Source: Tubiluchus corallicola (lineage: Eukaryota; Animalia; Priapulida). Taken from it: a stretch of 64,000 bases of DNA. The stretch spans positions 372,001 through 436,000 of the forward strand of contig JAQGDQ010000111.1 in NCBI GenBank assembly GCA_030141605.1. The letters run 5' to 3'. Shown piece after piece: positions 30,547 through 41,919 of the stretch. The notes beneath the pieces are model-generated. The model ran no database searches. It was not told where the DNA came from and worked only from the letters and a program-made list of their open reading frames with translations. Both the position numbers and the translations under genes were made by a program. Numbering within the stretch: position 1 is the stretch's first letter; each line of letters begins with the position of its first letter.

Positions 30547-31419
30547 TTAGGATTCATCTATTTCTTCTATGTGCTTTACTAAATTATCTAAATCAGCTAC
30601 GACAGCTTCTACGTGAGAACACTTAACACGACATGTCTGCTCATTGTGCTGTACAGGAACTTCTTCTACTACCTCAGCTGTAGCCTTTTGTCTGGCATAC
30701 AATCTGTATGCTATAATAGTAACTATACAAATGACACCTATCAAAATAAACAGCACTTTAGCATAACCAAACTTTAGGGGTCCATTCGAAGGTGAATAAC
30801 AGACACTTCCACAAACATCAAACAGACAGCATTTTTCTTCTAAAGGACACTGATGGTCTCTCTCACAATTATTTTTTGGACAGTCTTCAATGTTCACTAC
30901 TGATTGACCATTGCAAGCTCCTTCTTTAACACCACAGTCAGTCCCAACATAACTTACTGGGCAAGTACAACTATAAACATTTCGACCATTGATACAAGTC
31001 CCATTATTCAAGCAGGGAGTAGACAAACATTCATCAATGTCCAACCTGCAATTTGTACCTGTAAATCCCGGTGAACATATACACGAGTAGGAACTCAAAT
31101 TTTGAACGACACAAGTTCCTTCATATTCACATGGGTTGGGATCGCATGGCTGATGTTGCAATTCCATTATCTCAAGCTTCCTTTCACAATTGACTCCTTC
31201 AAATTCTTCTAGACAGACACATCTGTATGCATTGAATTCAACAATACAACTGCCACCATTTCTGCATGGATTTGGTATGCACAATGATCTAGTCTTTTGA
31301 TTACTATTAATATCCAGTGGCAGGGATAGATTTTTAGAAACTGCAGACATTGCTATAACAGTTAACACCATTTTGGCAATAGCCTTTACTGTACGACAGC
31401 ACATTGCCAAGTTTGGCAT
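30547..31419 (-). CDS. Type-I membrane protein with 3 EGF repeats, a WAP domain, a TM helix and a short acidic cytoplasmic tail
   Basis: First in-frame ATG at 31419 (MPNLAMCCRTVKAIAKMVLTVIAMSAVS, signal-like). Three 6-Cys EGF modules including the Ca-binding type DIDECLSTPC; 8-Cys WAP pattern C-x10-C-x4-C-x5-C-x5-CC-x4-C-x3-C; TM VLFILIGVICIVTIIAY. The frame stays open 66 codons further upstream to a TTG at 31617. Confidence 0.9.
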   Translation of the reverse strand: MPNLAMCCRTVKAIAKMVLTVIAMSAVSKNLSLPLDINSNQKTRSLCIPNPCRNGGSCIVEFNAYRCVCLEEFEGVNCERKLEIMELQHQPCDPNPCEYEGTCVVQNLSSYSCICSPGFTGTNCRLDIDECLSTPCLNNGTCINGRNVYSCTCPVSYVGTDCGVKEGACNGQSVVNIEDCPKNNCERDHQCPLEEKCCLFDVCGSVCYSPSNGPLKFGYAKVLFILIGVICIVTIIAYRLYARQKATAEVVEEVPVQHNEQTCRVKCSHVEAVVADLDNLVKHIEEIDES

Positions 31420-32316
31420 AGAAGAACTACACTTACTGTACAGTTCATAATTTAAGCTTTTTAGATCATGTTGTTTGAATGAACCAGCTAAACATGGTAC
31501 AGCAAAAAGGTAACCAGTTGAAGAATTGACTCCAAGAATACTTAATATCAAAATACAAATATACAAACATGATAGGCCTATTGCAATTAATGCGAAATGC
31601 CTTTGCTTATGTGACAATATAATGTTGAGTTAATGGTGCTGGTGGTACTTTCTCCTAGTGTGTAAAATCTGCTTCGATCTTGCTGTAAGTCTTCAATGTT
31701 CTGGCAAATTCTGTCGATTTACAATCAGTGTGTAAGCCAAAAACGAAATCCTAAAGAAGAACAAAAAGTTTAAAGTATGGTATTTAGCTGCACTACAACT
31801 GAAGAAAGAAATTTTTGATACTAAGTGTTATAAGTTTGCACCTTATATATTTAAAAATTGAAATATGACATGTCTTCAGTTCACCAGCAGAATTTTAACA
31901 TTCCAATCCAATAATAATGCAAAAGTTACAGGGAAAGTATGAAATCAGGTATTCTATAGAATGACTAGGCATTTTATAGAGTGCCAAAACAAACCAGGTA
32001 AAGTGTAGAAAACAGCTCTTTCTACATTTTTCCTAGGCATTATACATAGAATGCAAAAGTCTTTCTAGGCAAAGTGTGTAATGCTTAGATTTCAAGTACG
32101 CTTTTCCCAGGCATTTTATAAAATGTCTAATAAATTTTAGTTAATTTAAAAATATAAGAAATGTTCAATTGTTCTGACATAATTTTCTTAGGCATTTTAT
32201 ATTGCAAATTTTATTTTAGGGAACATTTGAAATTGAACCAAGTGATGTTTTCAATGCACTTGCAAATTTAATTGTGATCGTGAATCGTTGGGTGGCTTTT
32301 TCTCATGTCCTGAATT

Positions 32317-32327
32317 AGAGAGAGAGA

Positions 32328-32367
<40 letters not shown>

Positions 32368-32384
32368 GAGACAGAGAGAAAGAG
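32317..32384. repeat. (GA)n microsatellite
   Basis: Direct reading. Confidence 0.95.
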
Positions 32385-32904
32385 ATGCAAGCCATGTGGT
32401 CTGCTGTGCAGGTTATAATTTGTAAAATACTTTTCATTAAAATTCATCTAATTTTGATCTATTGCAAAAAAATATGTTCTGTGCAAACCAAATTTCCCTT
32501 ATTATCCTTCTTCCATGTTCTTCCATGACAACATCAGTCATAGCATGGTTTTCTTCGCAAGCTCTAAGCCTCGCATTTAAGAAGATTTTTAGGAAAACTG
32601 GTAATGAATTTGTGCATGGCACTAAGAATGTTTGTATGCACATGCAAAGAAACTTTTGAAGGGGCCTTGACTTGAAAAGCTTGCTTAGTTTAGTACATTG
32701 ACCAAGCCAATTTATACATTCCATGCAATGCCTATGTAATGTACAAAATAGCCAGGAGAAGCTAAATTCAATGAAATATGTTCATTTTACATTTTGTCAA
32801 AGTCATTTTATGCATTGAATGTAATTCCTAGCTATTATACAAAATGCCTAGGGAAAGAGTCACAGCAGAAATATTTATTTCACACTTTTCCCAAAATGCA
32901 TAGG

Positions 32905-33703
32905 CAGGCTGCATAAGATTATGGATATCCATAAAATAAGACCAAAAATCCATAAAATAAGAAATGCATAAAATAAAAAAAATATTTATTTTTTGTGATT
33001 TTTTGTACAAAGTAACGAGTTGTAAGCATTGGCAACACTGAAAACGAACGTTAGAAATCAAGACCCAAGCGCCGAGATTGAGAGCAGCGGGCTGGACACC
33101 ACAAGACATCGAAAATATTGAAACAGAGCATAAGGATTTGGTGCGGCTGTACAGAGATTATCCCTCTGTTCAAGTGGCTGTGGATGCGCGAAATTCGAGC
33201 TTTGATGATTCTTGGAAGGAGCTTATCAAACGAAAAACGTTTCCTACTTTAATTACATTTGCCGGAGGCCTGACCACAGTCTTCGGGAACACGGCAACGA
33301 TCGAGGCCGATTTTGCGCGTGTCAAGGCAATCAAAACTGAATACAGGCATTGGATCGGAAACTTCAGCCTAGAGGGCATTCTGCATTCGTACCAAACAGA
33401 CGAATTATTTGAACTGAAGTGATGAATAGCAAGGCATTGTCTCGTAAAATTTGATTAAATTTGAAGTGATATGAAACCGATAAAATTAAAACGAAACCGA
33501 TAAAATTAAAACTAAGTCCTGCATGTTTAAAAACACGTTTCAAGCACTCCAGTTTTTACTTTTTAATTGATTTCCTCCTGGGCATCTCGTTCCAGATATA
33601 GGCTATTTCTTATTTTATTGATAGCCATAAAATAAAATTTCAAAAATCCACAAAATAAGCTATTTTATTTATTTTATACATATCCATAATCTTATGCACC
33701 CTG
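32905..33703 (+). mobile_element. Internally deleted hAT transposon retaining the transposase C-terminus (33078-33422)
   Basis: 24-bp TIRs CAGG(C/G)TGCATAAGATTATGGATAT with one mismatch; perfect 8-bp TSD TGCATAGG (32897-32904, 33704-33711); ORF FPTLITFAGGLTTVFGNTATIEADFARVKAIKTEYR fits the hAT dimerisation region. Confidence 0.92.
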
Positions 33704-34639
33704 TGCATAGGTGTTATATGAAATGCCTAGGAATCTTATAAAAAGTCTGAATTTTATACATTGCCTGTAACACATATACATATACTTAGAACATGTATTA
33801 GAACATGCTGTATTGAATACTGAATGAGCTTTCATAAATCTAGACATATTTTCTGTAAAAATTTGTGTGGTTGTGTGTTGATGGTACATATAATCACAAA
33901 TAAACAATAGCAGAGCATAGGCTTTGGCCTCTCTGCGTGGTAGCCAAACCTTGATCTGCAAAGATATACTAGATAATTCTAAATAATTATATCAAAATGC
34001 ACTAAATTAAGGTTAATTTTCCAGGTGTCATGCTGGTTCTTATGGAACACCACATTTGCTACAGCATGTCAGCATGAGTAAATAACACACACAGACAAAC
34101 TTACTTTCATCTTTAAACTATAGATTAATTATGTAAAGGAAATATAGACTATTTCACTGACTGACATGTGCTACCGTAACTCTCTACATAGCACTAGAAT
34201 TTGAAACTTAAAAGCTGCTTGCCCGACAGGCTCCGAATTGCCAATGCCCATGCATATGTTCACTTATGAAGGAGTTTACGTTACATTGTAAACCATGTAG
34301 TTTTGTAAACATAATTAATTATATGCCAGCAAAAAGATTAAGAGACTATGAGGAAGAGATACTAAAATTGCTAAATAAAAACAAAACATAATTAAGCATA
34401 CATAACAAACGAAAATCCTGTTTACTGTTCGACCTTAAAAATAGAGCCTACTACTGTTTGTATAGCCTATACTAGGCCCATAATTAGCGGTTATAAAATA
34501 CAGAGCAGTAATTTAACAGGAATAGCTTTTAAGGTTGCTGAACAAAAATATATATACTTGAAGTGCTTATCACTAACGGTTTTCTAACAGAAAGTATTAG
34601 CACCAAAACTTGATGAATGAGCGATTTACTAACGAATTT

Positions 34640-34760
34640 CCTCGATAAGGTTCCGCATTCCAGCACTTAGCGTTGGTAGACGACAAAGCGACACCATGGT
34701 AACGCTCACTTCCGTTAAACGTCATTTCCTGTTGTTGTTACTATGGGCGAATAAACGCTA
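34640..34760. promoter_or_regulatory. Putative bidirectional promoter between the two EGF-WAP genes
   Basis: Local CpG enrichment with X-box-like CCATGGTAAC and GTTACTATGG, ETS-like ACTTCCG and TTCCTGT, and a CGTCA half site, between divergent genes. Motif inference only. Confidence 0.5.
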
Positions 34761-35199
34761 TCGTTAGTGTGTCGCAGTACTTTGGTACAGTTTTGTTTTG
34801 AAGCTTGTGATATTACTTTTGGCAACAACTAGTGGTTTAAGTAGTTCATATTTGGCATAACTAGATTACTTGTTAAACAGTGCACTAATATGCATTTCGA
34901 ATTTGCAAGTAATAAAACCTATATAATATACGTCTCATACACTGCTTACATATCTATTCTGACAGAGAACCATTGTTGTAAACCGTACTAACGCCTAATT
35001 AGTAGAGTATCATTTAATGTAAGGGCTAGAGGCGATGCCACGTTTACGTGCCGTTTGAAGCTGAAATGACACCCTACTCGAATATGCTTGCGTCGTGCTT
35101 ACTAATCGGGTCTCTGAGACGTAGAAGTACCCGTAGCGCATGACAGCGATACTTACTAGTGATGGAGATATAATAGCAACCGTCTTGTGTTTTGTGGAC

Positions 35200-36462
35200 A
35201 TGGATAGGATCTATGGATTTAGGACATGCGCTGTGTGGCTTCTGTTGGTATTTCTTGGTTTATGCTACATTCATGAAGTTTTTGTAAATGCTTATCTGAT
35301 ATTTCCTTACAACATAATGACAATTTATCCATTTAAAACTGGAAATTATACCATTACTGTTAGTCACACCAACTTTTCTATAGTTGTAGAACCATTTGAT
35401 AATCAAACAACATCTTCAGCTCTCAGTCAGAAAAGACCAACTCAAATAAGAGTTTTTCGACCAAAGAATCGTTCGATTGTATTCCGCATACGAAATAGTA
35501 ATTTTGTTTGCCCAAAAGAATGGGTGCACTTCGGTTTGTTACCATACCCAGGCTCAGAGATTCCCGAATATTTCAATAATTACACTTTCTGTAGTGACAT
35601 GAATTTCTACTTAGATGAATCTGCGCATACGTTTAGTAGATATGTTTATGTTGCATTTAAAACAGATGAGACGAGAAAAAGGCATCCTAAATTTGAAATT
35701 GCAGTCCACTTAATTACTGGTGTATCCAACAGCGACAACATAATCGCATGCGATAAGGATGCGTGCCAAAACGAGGCAACTTGTCGAAACAACTTACACA
35801 CATATGGATTCTACGAATGTCTTTGTAAGCCTGGCTTTGCCGGTATGTTCTGTGAAGTGCCTCTTGGCAGTTGCACTGAAGGTCTGTGCAAACATGGTGC
35901 AACGTGCATTGCTAATCTTGACGAAACTTACACATGTGTTTGCGTGCCAGGATACACTGGCAGGAACTGTCAAACGGACATCGATGAGTGTATGTCTAAT
36001 CCTTGCTTTAATGACGGAACGTGCATTCAGAGCTTAAATATTTATGTTTGTGCTTGCAAGAGAGGCTTTACAGGACATAGATGTAAAACTGAAGCTAACG
36101 AATGTTCATATGATCCTTGTAAAAATGGAGCTACATGTGTTCATAAGTTGGACAAGTACAGGTGCTATTGTGATTCTGGCTTTACAGGCATAAATTGTGA
36201 AATAGCCGGAAGACAAGGGTTCTGTGATGTGCCAAATAAATTTTATAGAAGTAGGTGCCCAAAAGATTTATGTAGTACTGATGACCAATGTAAAACGAAA
36301 GAGAAGTGCTGCGATTTCTCTTCATGTGGGCGTGTGTGTGCCCCACTGGTAGATAAAGCTGTGATAATAGTTGAAACTTCTGGTAGCACTGCAAGAAATT
36401 TGCAGGATGTTCTGTGGATAGTATTTACAATTGCTATTTTAATATATATTAAAAAGTCATAA
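35200..36462 (+). CDS. Cell-surface protein with signal peptide, divergent CUB-like domain, 4 EGF repeats, WAP domain and a hydrophobic C-terminus (probable GPI signal)
   Basis: Uninterrupted ORF with ATGs at 35140 and 35200; the second directly precedes the signal core AVWLLLVFLGLCYI. CUB-like motifs IVFRI..CPKEWVHF..FC..YVYVAFKTD..F; four 6-Cys EGFs; WAP GFC..CPKDLCSTDDQCKTKEKCCDFSSCGRVC; tail TSGSTARNLQDVLWIVFTIAILIYIKKS. Confidence 0.92.
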   Translation: MDRIYGFRTCAVWLLLVFLGLCYIHEVFVNAYLIFPYNIMTIYPFKTGNYTITVSHTNFSIVVEPFDNQTTSSALSQKRPTQIRVFRPKNRSIVFRIRNSNFVCPKEWVHFGLLPYPGSEIPEYFNNYTFCSDMNFYLDESAHTFSRYVYVAFKTDETRKRHPKFEIAVHLITGVSNSDNIIACDKDACQNEATCRNNLHTYGFYECLCKPGFAGMFCEVPLGSCTEGLCKHGATCIANLDETYTCVCVPGYTGRNCQTDIDECMSNPCFNDGTCIQSLNIYVCACKRGFTGHRCKTEANECSYDPCKNGATCVHKLDKYRCYCDSGFTGINCEIAGRQGFCDVPNKFYRSRCPKDLCSTDDQCKTKEKCCDFSSCGRVCAPLVDKAVIIVETSGSTARNLQDVLWIVFTIAILIYIKKS

Positions 36463-38317
36463 GATTTTTTTATCTAGAATTAACCTTTGTAAATAAGAAC
36501 AGTTATTATTTAGGGCATACAGCCCTAAATCAATGCTTAGCATGCAAGTATTCGATTGGAAATTTATGGTAATAAAGTATTTTATTTCACAGCATATCAC
36601 TAGAAAATGCTGTGTTGTTAGAAGTAATAAAAACTGCAGTCTGTTTAAAGTCTACCAAATTTATGTTTCTTTTGCGAAAAATCGCTTCTTTAGGGCAATG
36701 TAGACTGTAAAGTTTTTAAATTTTACATCTGTCTAAAATTTAATACTTTAACAAACCTTTAAAAAGTTCTGTTGCATTTTACATTGTGCCAAACATGTTC
36801 TTTATTGTACAAAATAAATAAATAAAATTAAAATGTCAAGCCGTGCATTTTACATATGTGAGCAGCATGTATTGCTAGTAATGCCACATTGTTGCTGTGT
36901 ATTAATAATTATTAGCAAATAGTCGACAATTTAATTATTCTGGCTCCCATTAGGCCTGCCGGTGTTTAGAAAATGTTGATGGCTACTTTTTATGTACATA
37001 TCTGCTATTTGTGTATTGTTTATAATTGATGGAAAATACTTATTTGTATTGAATTGTTCCTGTGCTGACTGAGGTTAGCTTATATTTATATTACAGTGAT
37101 TTAATGTAATACTTATACTGCACGTCTTTGAGATTTTTAATTTTTACATTGGTGTTTTACAAATTGAGATAAAATGTTGTTAATTTTAATGTGGTTAGTA
37201 TATTTGTATATTGCTTAATTAGTAGCAGTCATGTTGCATACATGTCGAGGTGTAGTTTTTTCTATTTACACTCTTAATAATATGCCGTTGCTTTGCTTAT
37301 TTATTGTTTATTTATAAGTTATTGTATATTGTGTTTTATTACATTTTTAGTATTTGTTAATAGCTACCAAAAACTGAATAATTTTAATATCAATGGTTGT
37401 TGCTCTATAAGCTTTTAGTTCTATATGCTTTTTATTTTGTGATGTTAAGTTTACTAGTTGTATTTCACATGTTTTTTTTTTGTGAATGGATTTTGTGTTT
37501 GTTTTAGTATAATAAATCTGACCCTAGATGGTAGCACAAGGTTGATTGTGACTTTCTTCTGTGTACACTGTATGCTTCTTACTAGCAGTAAAAACTTATA
37601 TTTGTCTTTGCACAGCTTTTTTTATTATCGACACACCACAAGCTGGAATTGAATGCTGAAAAACTGAGCCTACTCAACCAGATGTTTGTGGCATGACGGA
37701 AACCTGGCTTAATTACTATCAAGAATACCGTCTGAGATGAATCGGTGACTCGACAGAGGGTTGATCCATCTACACTCGCAAATGATACTGCTTGGAGCGA
37801 ATATCCAACCTCGGTGGCCGTATACCACTCGTGTGACAACATAAGCACCTGTCCACTCAGCTATGAATATTTCATCTCAAGCTGTTATAAATTTAATATA
37901 TCCACATGTACGCAAAGTGATACATTATGATTGGCGCATTTTTTCAAAAGAAGCCTGAATGGGACAGCTGATCAGGCAAGTTTTTGGCTGTGTTACCAGT
38001 GGGTTGGAAAAGCAATTCACAGATGATATGTGAAACTGATAGACTAAACTTGTTGTGAATCATGGCAGCACATGACTGACACGAAAATGACAGAAAAAAT
38101 TTTACCCTTTGGTAATTTATTTTTACTTGTAATTTGTGTAGTGTATAGACAACAACAGTTCACTAACAGAACAAAATGGCAACCTAGACTGTCCAACCCT
38201 GTTCACTAATTTGGTGTTCACTGTGAAGTATGCAAACATGTTTCTGAAATGCTTCATCCACAGGAATGTTGCTTTGCTCTCAAATTGTCAGTTTTTTTCC
38301 TGTATTAGGGAAGCACC

Positions 38318-38788
38318 CAGTGGTGGCCGCTAAAATTAGTGAGCGTGCTGCTTCAGAAAATTTTTAGCCATTGTTTTAATACTGTATTAAACGAAGCAAA
38401 CATGTAATTTTAATATTGAATGCTTATACATAAACTTGATAAAATCCTGAACAAAAAATATTTTTGCTTACTAATAGCCTGAATTGTCGCGGTTCAAGCT
38501 TGATCCATTCACGGTAAGCACGTGTTAACTGACAATAAAGTGTGTGAGCGACAGTACTTTCTCTACCTAGGCTGAGACGTGTGCATGGCCGCATATGCAC
38601 AACGGCCAAACACCGCATTGCTAGAGCGCGCTGTGCTGGGTTGTGAAGCAGACAGTACAACCCTTACATGCTCTGGCTCTGTACATGTATAAAGAAAGAG
38701 CTAAAGAAATAAGACTCATTATATTGAATATCATCGATAATTGAGAGTGAAAATAAGGGGTGCTGCAATTCCGCATGAGCCGCCACTG
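38318..38788 (-). mobile_element. Non-autonomous hAT-type MITE, copy 2 (inverted relative to 11765-12282)
   Basis: Termini CAGTGG / CCACTG; perfect 8-bp TSD GAAGCACC (38310-38317, 38789-38796); internal blocks match copy 1 in reverse complement. Confidence 0.9.
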
Positions 38789-40304
38789 GAAGCACCTCAA
38801 AATGTGACAATCAGAACACGTCCATGCAGAATGAGTTAATCTGGTTTGCACTTAGCCCATTTCTGCCTGAATTCATGTCATACCACCGACAGGAAATTTT
38901 CGTAAACAGTTAACGCAGCATCATAGCATTTTTCTCAAATTTATCCGATTCTTTGCCACTACTTACGGCTAAGTTGGAATTCACTTTGGCAGTTAATACC
39001 TAACAAAAACACCAGCTAGGCTTTCTTCGAACACCAACATGATGCGCATTTCCATTTTATCGCTCCACTTATATGTTGTAGTAAGTAGCACTGTCCGTTG
39101 AGGAACTGAAATCTTCCCTTTTTCTTCACCCAGGGTTTTGCTTTACAAAGAGGATGAATTTTTCAGTCTCTTCAGTTTAGATGCTTCGACGTACTGCAAA
39201 CCAGAGTCTAGCATTCAACGGCAGGCCAGCAGGAGGTCAACGTTTGTGACGTGACTGGAGCTGACTCATTGTCAAGAATATCCTAAAATGAGCTACTGCG
39301 TATTATTGCTTTAACATGCTAACTTAGCGCTTCAATATTCTGTAATTATCTATCGTAAGTTTAGTATAGTTCTCTAAGGTTAATTTTTTTAATTAGTACT
39401 AATCTAATGGACATTATCGCAAAAGTTTGCGCCTATTAAGAAAAAATTCTGTTGTTAAAAAGGAGCAGCTGTGTTAGTGGTCTTTCGCTGCTCTTACTCA
39501 GATATTATTGAAATTTGCTACTTCTATTTGCTATATTGCAATGCGAAACGAATGTTGAGGAAATAAAATTCATTGAATTGAATTGAGTTGAGTAACTGCA
39601 CCGGCAGAGGTGTCTCAGCTTCGGTGTATATATACATCCTACTCTAGGAGGTAAACAGTCGCAGTCAGTATGGCGAATGAAGCAAAACGCAGTGAGAGTC
39701 GAACTCAGGCTAAATGAATACCTGAGATCACTTGACTGTGGATTTCACCATAATCCCCGGCAATGCTTGATGCTTTATTGAATTTCACAATAATTTGAAG
39801 TGAATAGTAAGCGTATACAATAACTGTTATTACGGTTTAGTTCTCTGTGATAACACATTTGAGCATTTTGCTCATGGAACTGCTTTGCATTCTTTACTTC
39901 GTTGCATTTGGAAGGCTGTTCCTCGTCGCCAGATGCCTGTTTAGGAAACTAATTACTCTAATAATGTATTACTCACTAACAACTTGCGCAGCGAAAACAT
40001 TGATGTAACACGTGCAATCTGGCTATAGTTTGACGTGCTCGGGCTTTTTGTCAAATTATCTTTTTTTTTACTTTTATACTCCGTCACACTTACAAGATAC
40101 TTATATTTAGTCAAGATATTTATACTAATGGCACATCACTGTGTGTAAATTACGGTTTTTCTTGTTGAATATCATCCCATAATAATTATTATAGCTATCG
40201 TGATTATACAAACATTGAAAACCATATCCTACCTAGTTCTCACTGTTCCCAAAATTAAACATCAGAGATTTCTCGAATGGAAGCAAGTAAAATCAGATGA
40301 CAGA

Positions 40305-40488
40305 TAAAGATGTACCATGCGGATGCGTTTTCCACCTGCGCGAAACAGCTCGCGGATAAAACAATAGGAATAGCTGCAGAAAAAGAATAACGCATAAAAT
40401 GCGTGCTTTGAAAACAATGCAAACCGATTTGATCTCTACCAAACCCCCATTCGCAAGCATCCGCATCCGCATCCGCATGTTACATTAA
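40305..40488. mobile_element. Short MITE-like element
   Basis: Inverted termini ATGTACCATGCGGATGCG / CGCATCCGCATGTTACAT (17 of 18 match) with subterminal GCATCC repeats; no clear TSD. Confidence 0.6.
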
Positions 40489-41919
40489 CGCTACTTACAC
40501 AGACATTAAGCATTATTACATTTTTTGTGTTTTAATACAGTGTGCTGAAGCACAAATAAACGACGCATTCACTGTTTTTGCTCATTTTCTTTGACTACTT
40601 CGTTCAAGTTTGAGTATTTGCAGAAAAATCAGCAATAAAAACTAACAGTTTTAAAAATAGTGTAAAAGCATCGGCAGTGAAGTTATAATAAATAATAACA
40701 ATAAACATTCTTGTATAAATTAAGAATAAACAGTAATCGTAATTAAAGATAGTGTTCCAGATTTGGGAACAATGCGCAAAATATATCTGTGTGAATGAGG
40801 GCTAACCTCACTTAGAACACATAGAATGCTTGTATGGTTTTGATCATTGTGGGTTGTTAGTACAACATGACAGTATGAACTCATTGGTTGGAGACACGAA
40901 AAACGACATGTGCTTTTGTATTGAACAGTTGCTTTTATCAGCCTTTTTTCTATTATTATTACAGACTCGTCAAGGCCACACACCCATCAACACCACCCCA
41001 CGCGCGCGCGCGCAACTACACCACATACATACTCTTTCAAAAGCGGGCAGCCGTGGTCGTGTCAGAGTGACAACAAAGCGAAAGTTAAACACTTATTCAA
41101 AATCACATACAAACTCACTGCGTACAGAAAAAGAAACAGAGAGAAAACAGGGAAAGAAAAGGAAAACGAAAGCACATTTCACACATAAATGTTAACGTGC
41201 AATGAGAAACGGCAAAATCTTAACTACACTAATTATACAGAATTATAAACAACAAGACGGTTTACAATCTAAAGTGTTTTTATTAATATGTTCTATATAT
41301 GATTTAGAAGTTTTTTAAATTTAGGAGTAAAATGGTGGTCGATTTTCATCACGGTAAAATTTACATTCAACAAAGCATCACCCACATGTTTAGACTGACT
41401 AATAGCTAAAAATAATGCTTTTTACAAGACACAATTGTTTACACATTCAAAGTGTTTTTTTTCAAAACAGAGGTAGGCCTAAAATTTTGGCAGTGACAGT
41501 GATCTAATTCAATTTGATAATTATGTAGAAAATAATTGGGAATCGTGAAGCTTTAATTTGCAGTTCACTTTTTAAATAGAGAAAAAATACGTTAATTTGG
41601 TTTTCTGCTCTAGTTTAAATTGACTAGTATTTTATAAAAATAATAACAAGATAATATTAACTTTCGAGTGGTTTAAACATCATCTAATATAATACCTCCG
41701 CTTAATTTTTGCTTTGTAATTAAATACACATTTTGTTGAGTTTAAAAAAATATAAGAGAAAATAATAATAAATATGAAAGATTACCAATAATAAGAATGA
41801 GAATAACAAATGATTGTATTTGATACATTATTTCTCGTATAATTGGCCTTTACGCAGGGTGAATATGGCTGCGCATTTTAGGCCTTCCTGTTCTTAGAGT
41901 TGCTCGCATAAGCGCTCTT

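Noticed and set aside
30547-36462. Calling the EGF genes Notch, Delta or fibropellin
   Set aside because: No DSL, LNR, ankyrin or avidin domain; the similarity is limited to generic EGF repeats, so no gene symbol is assigned.
37670-37715. PDVCGMTETWL, resembling the LINE endonuclease motif
   Set aside because: Too short and not extended on either side; at most a tiny relic.
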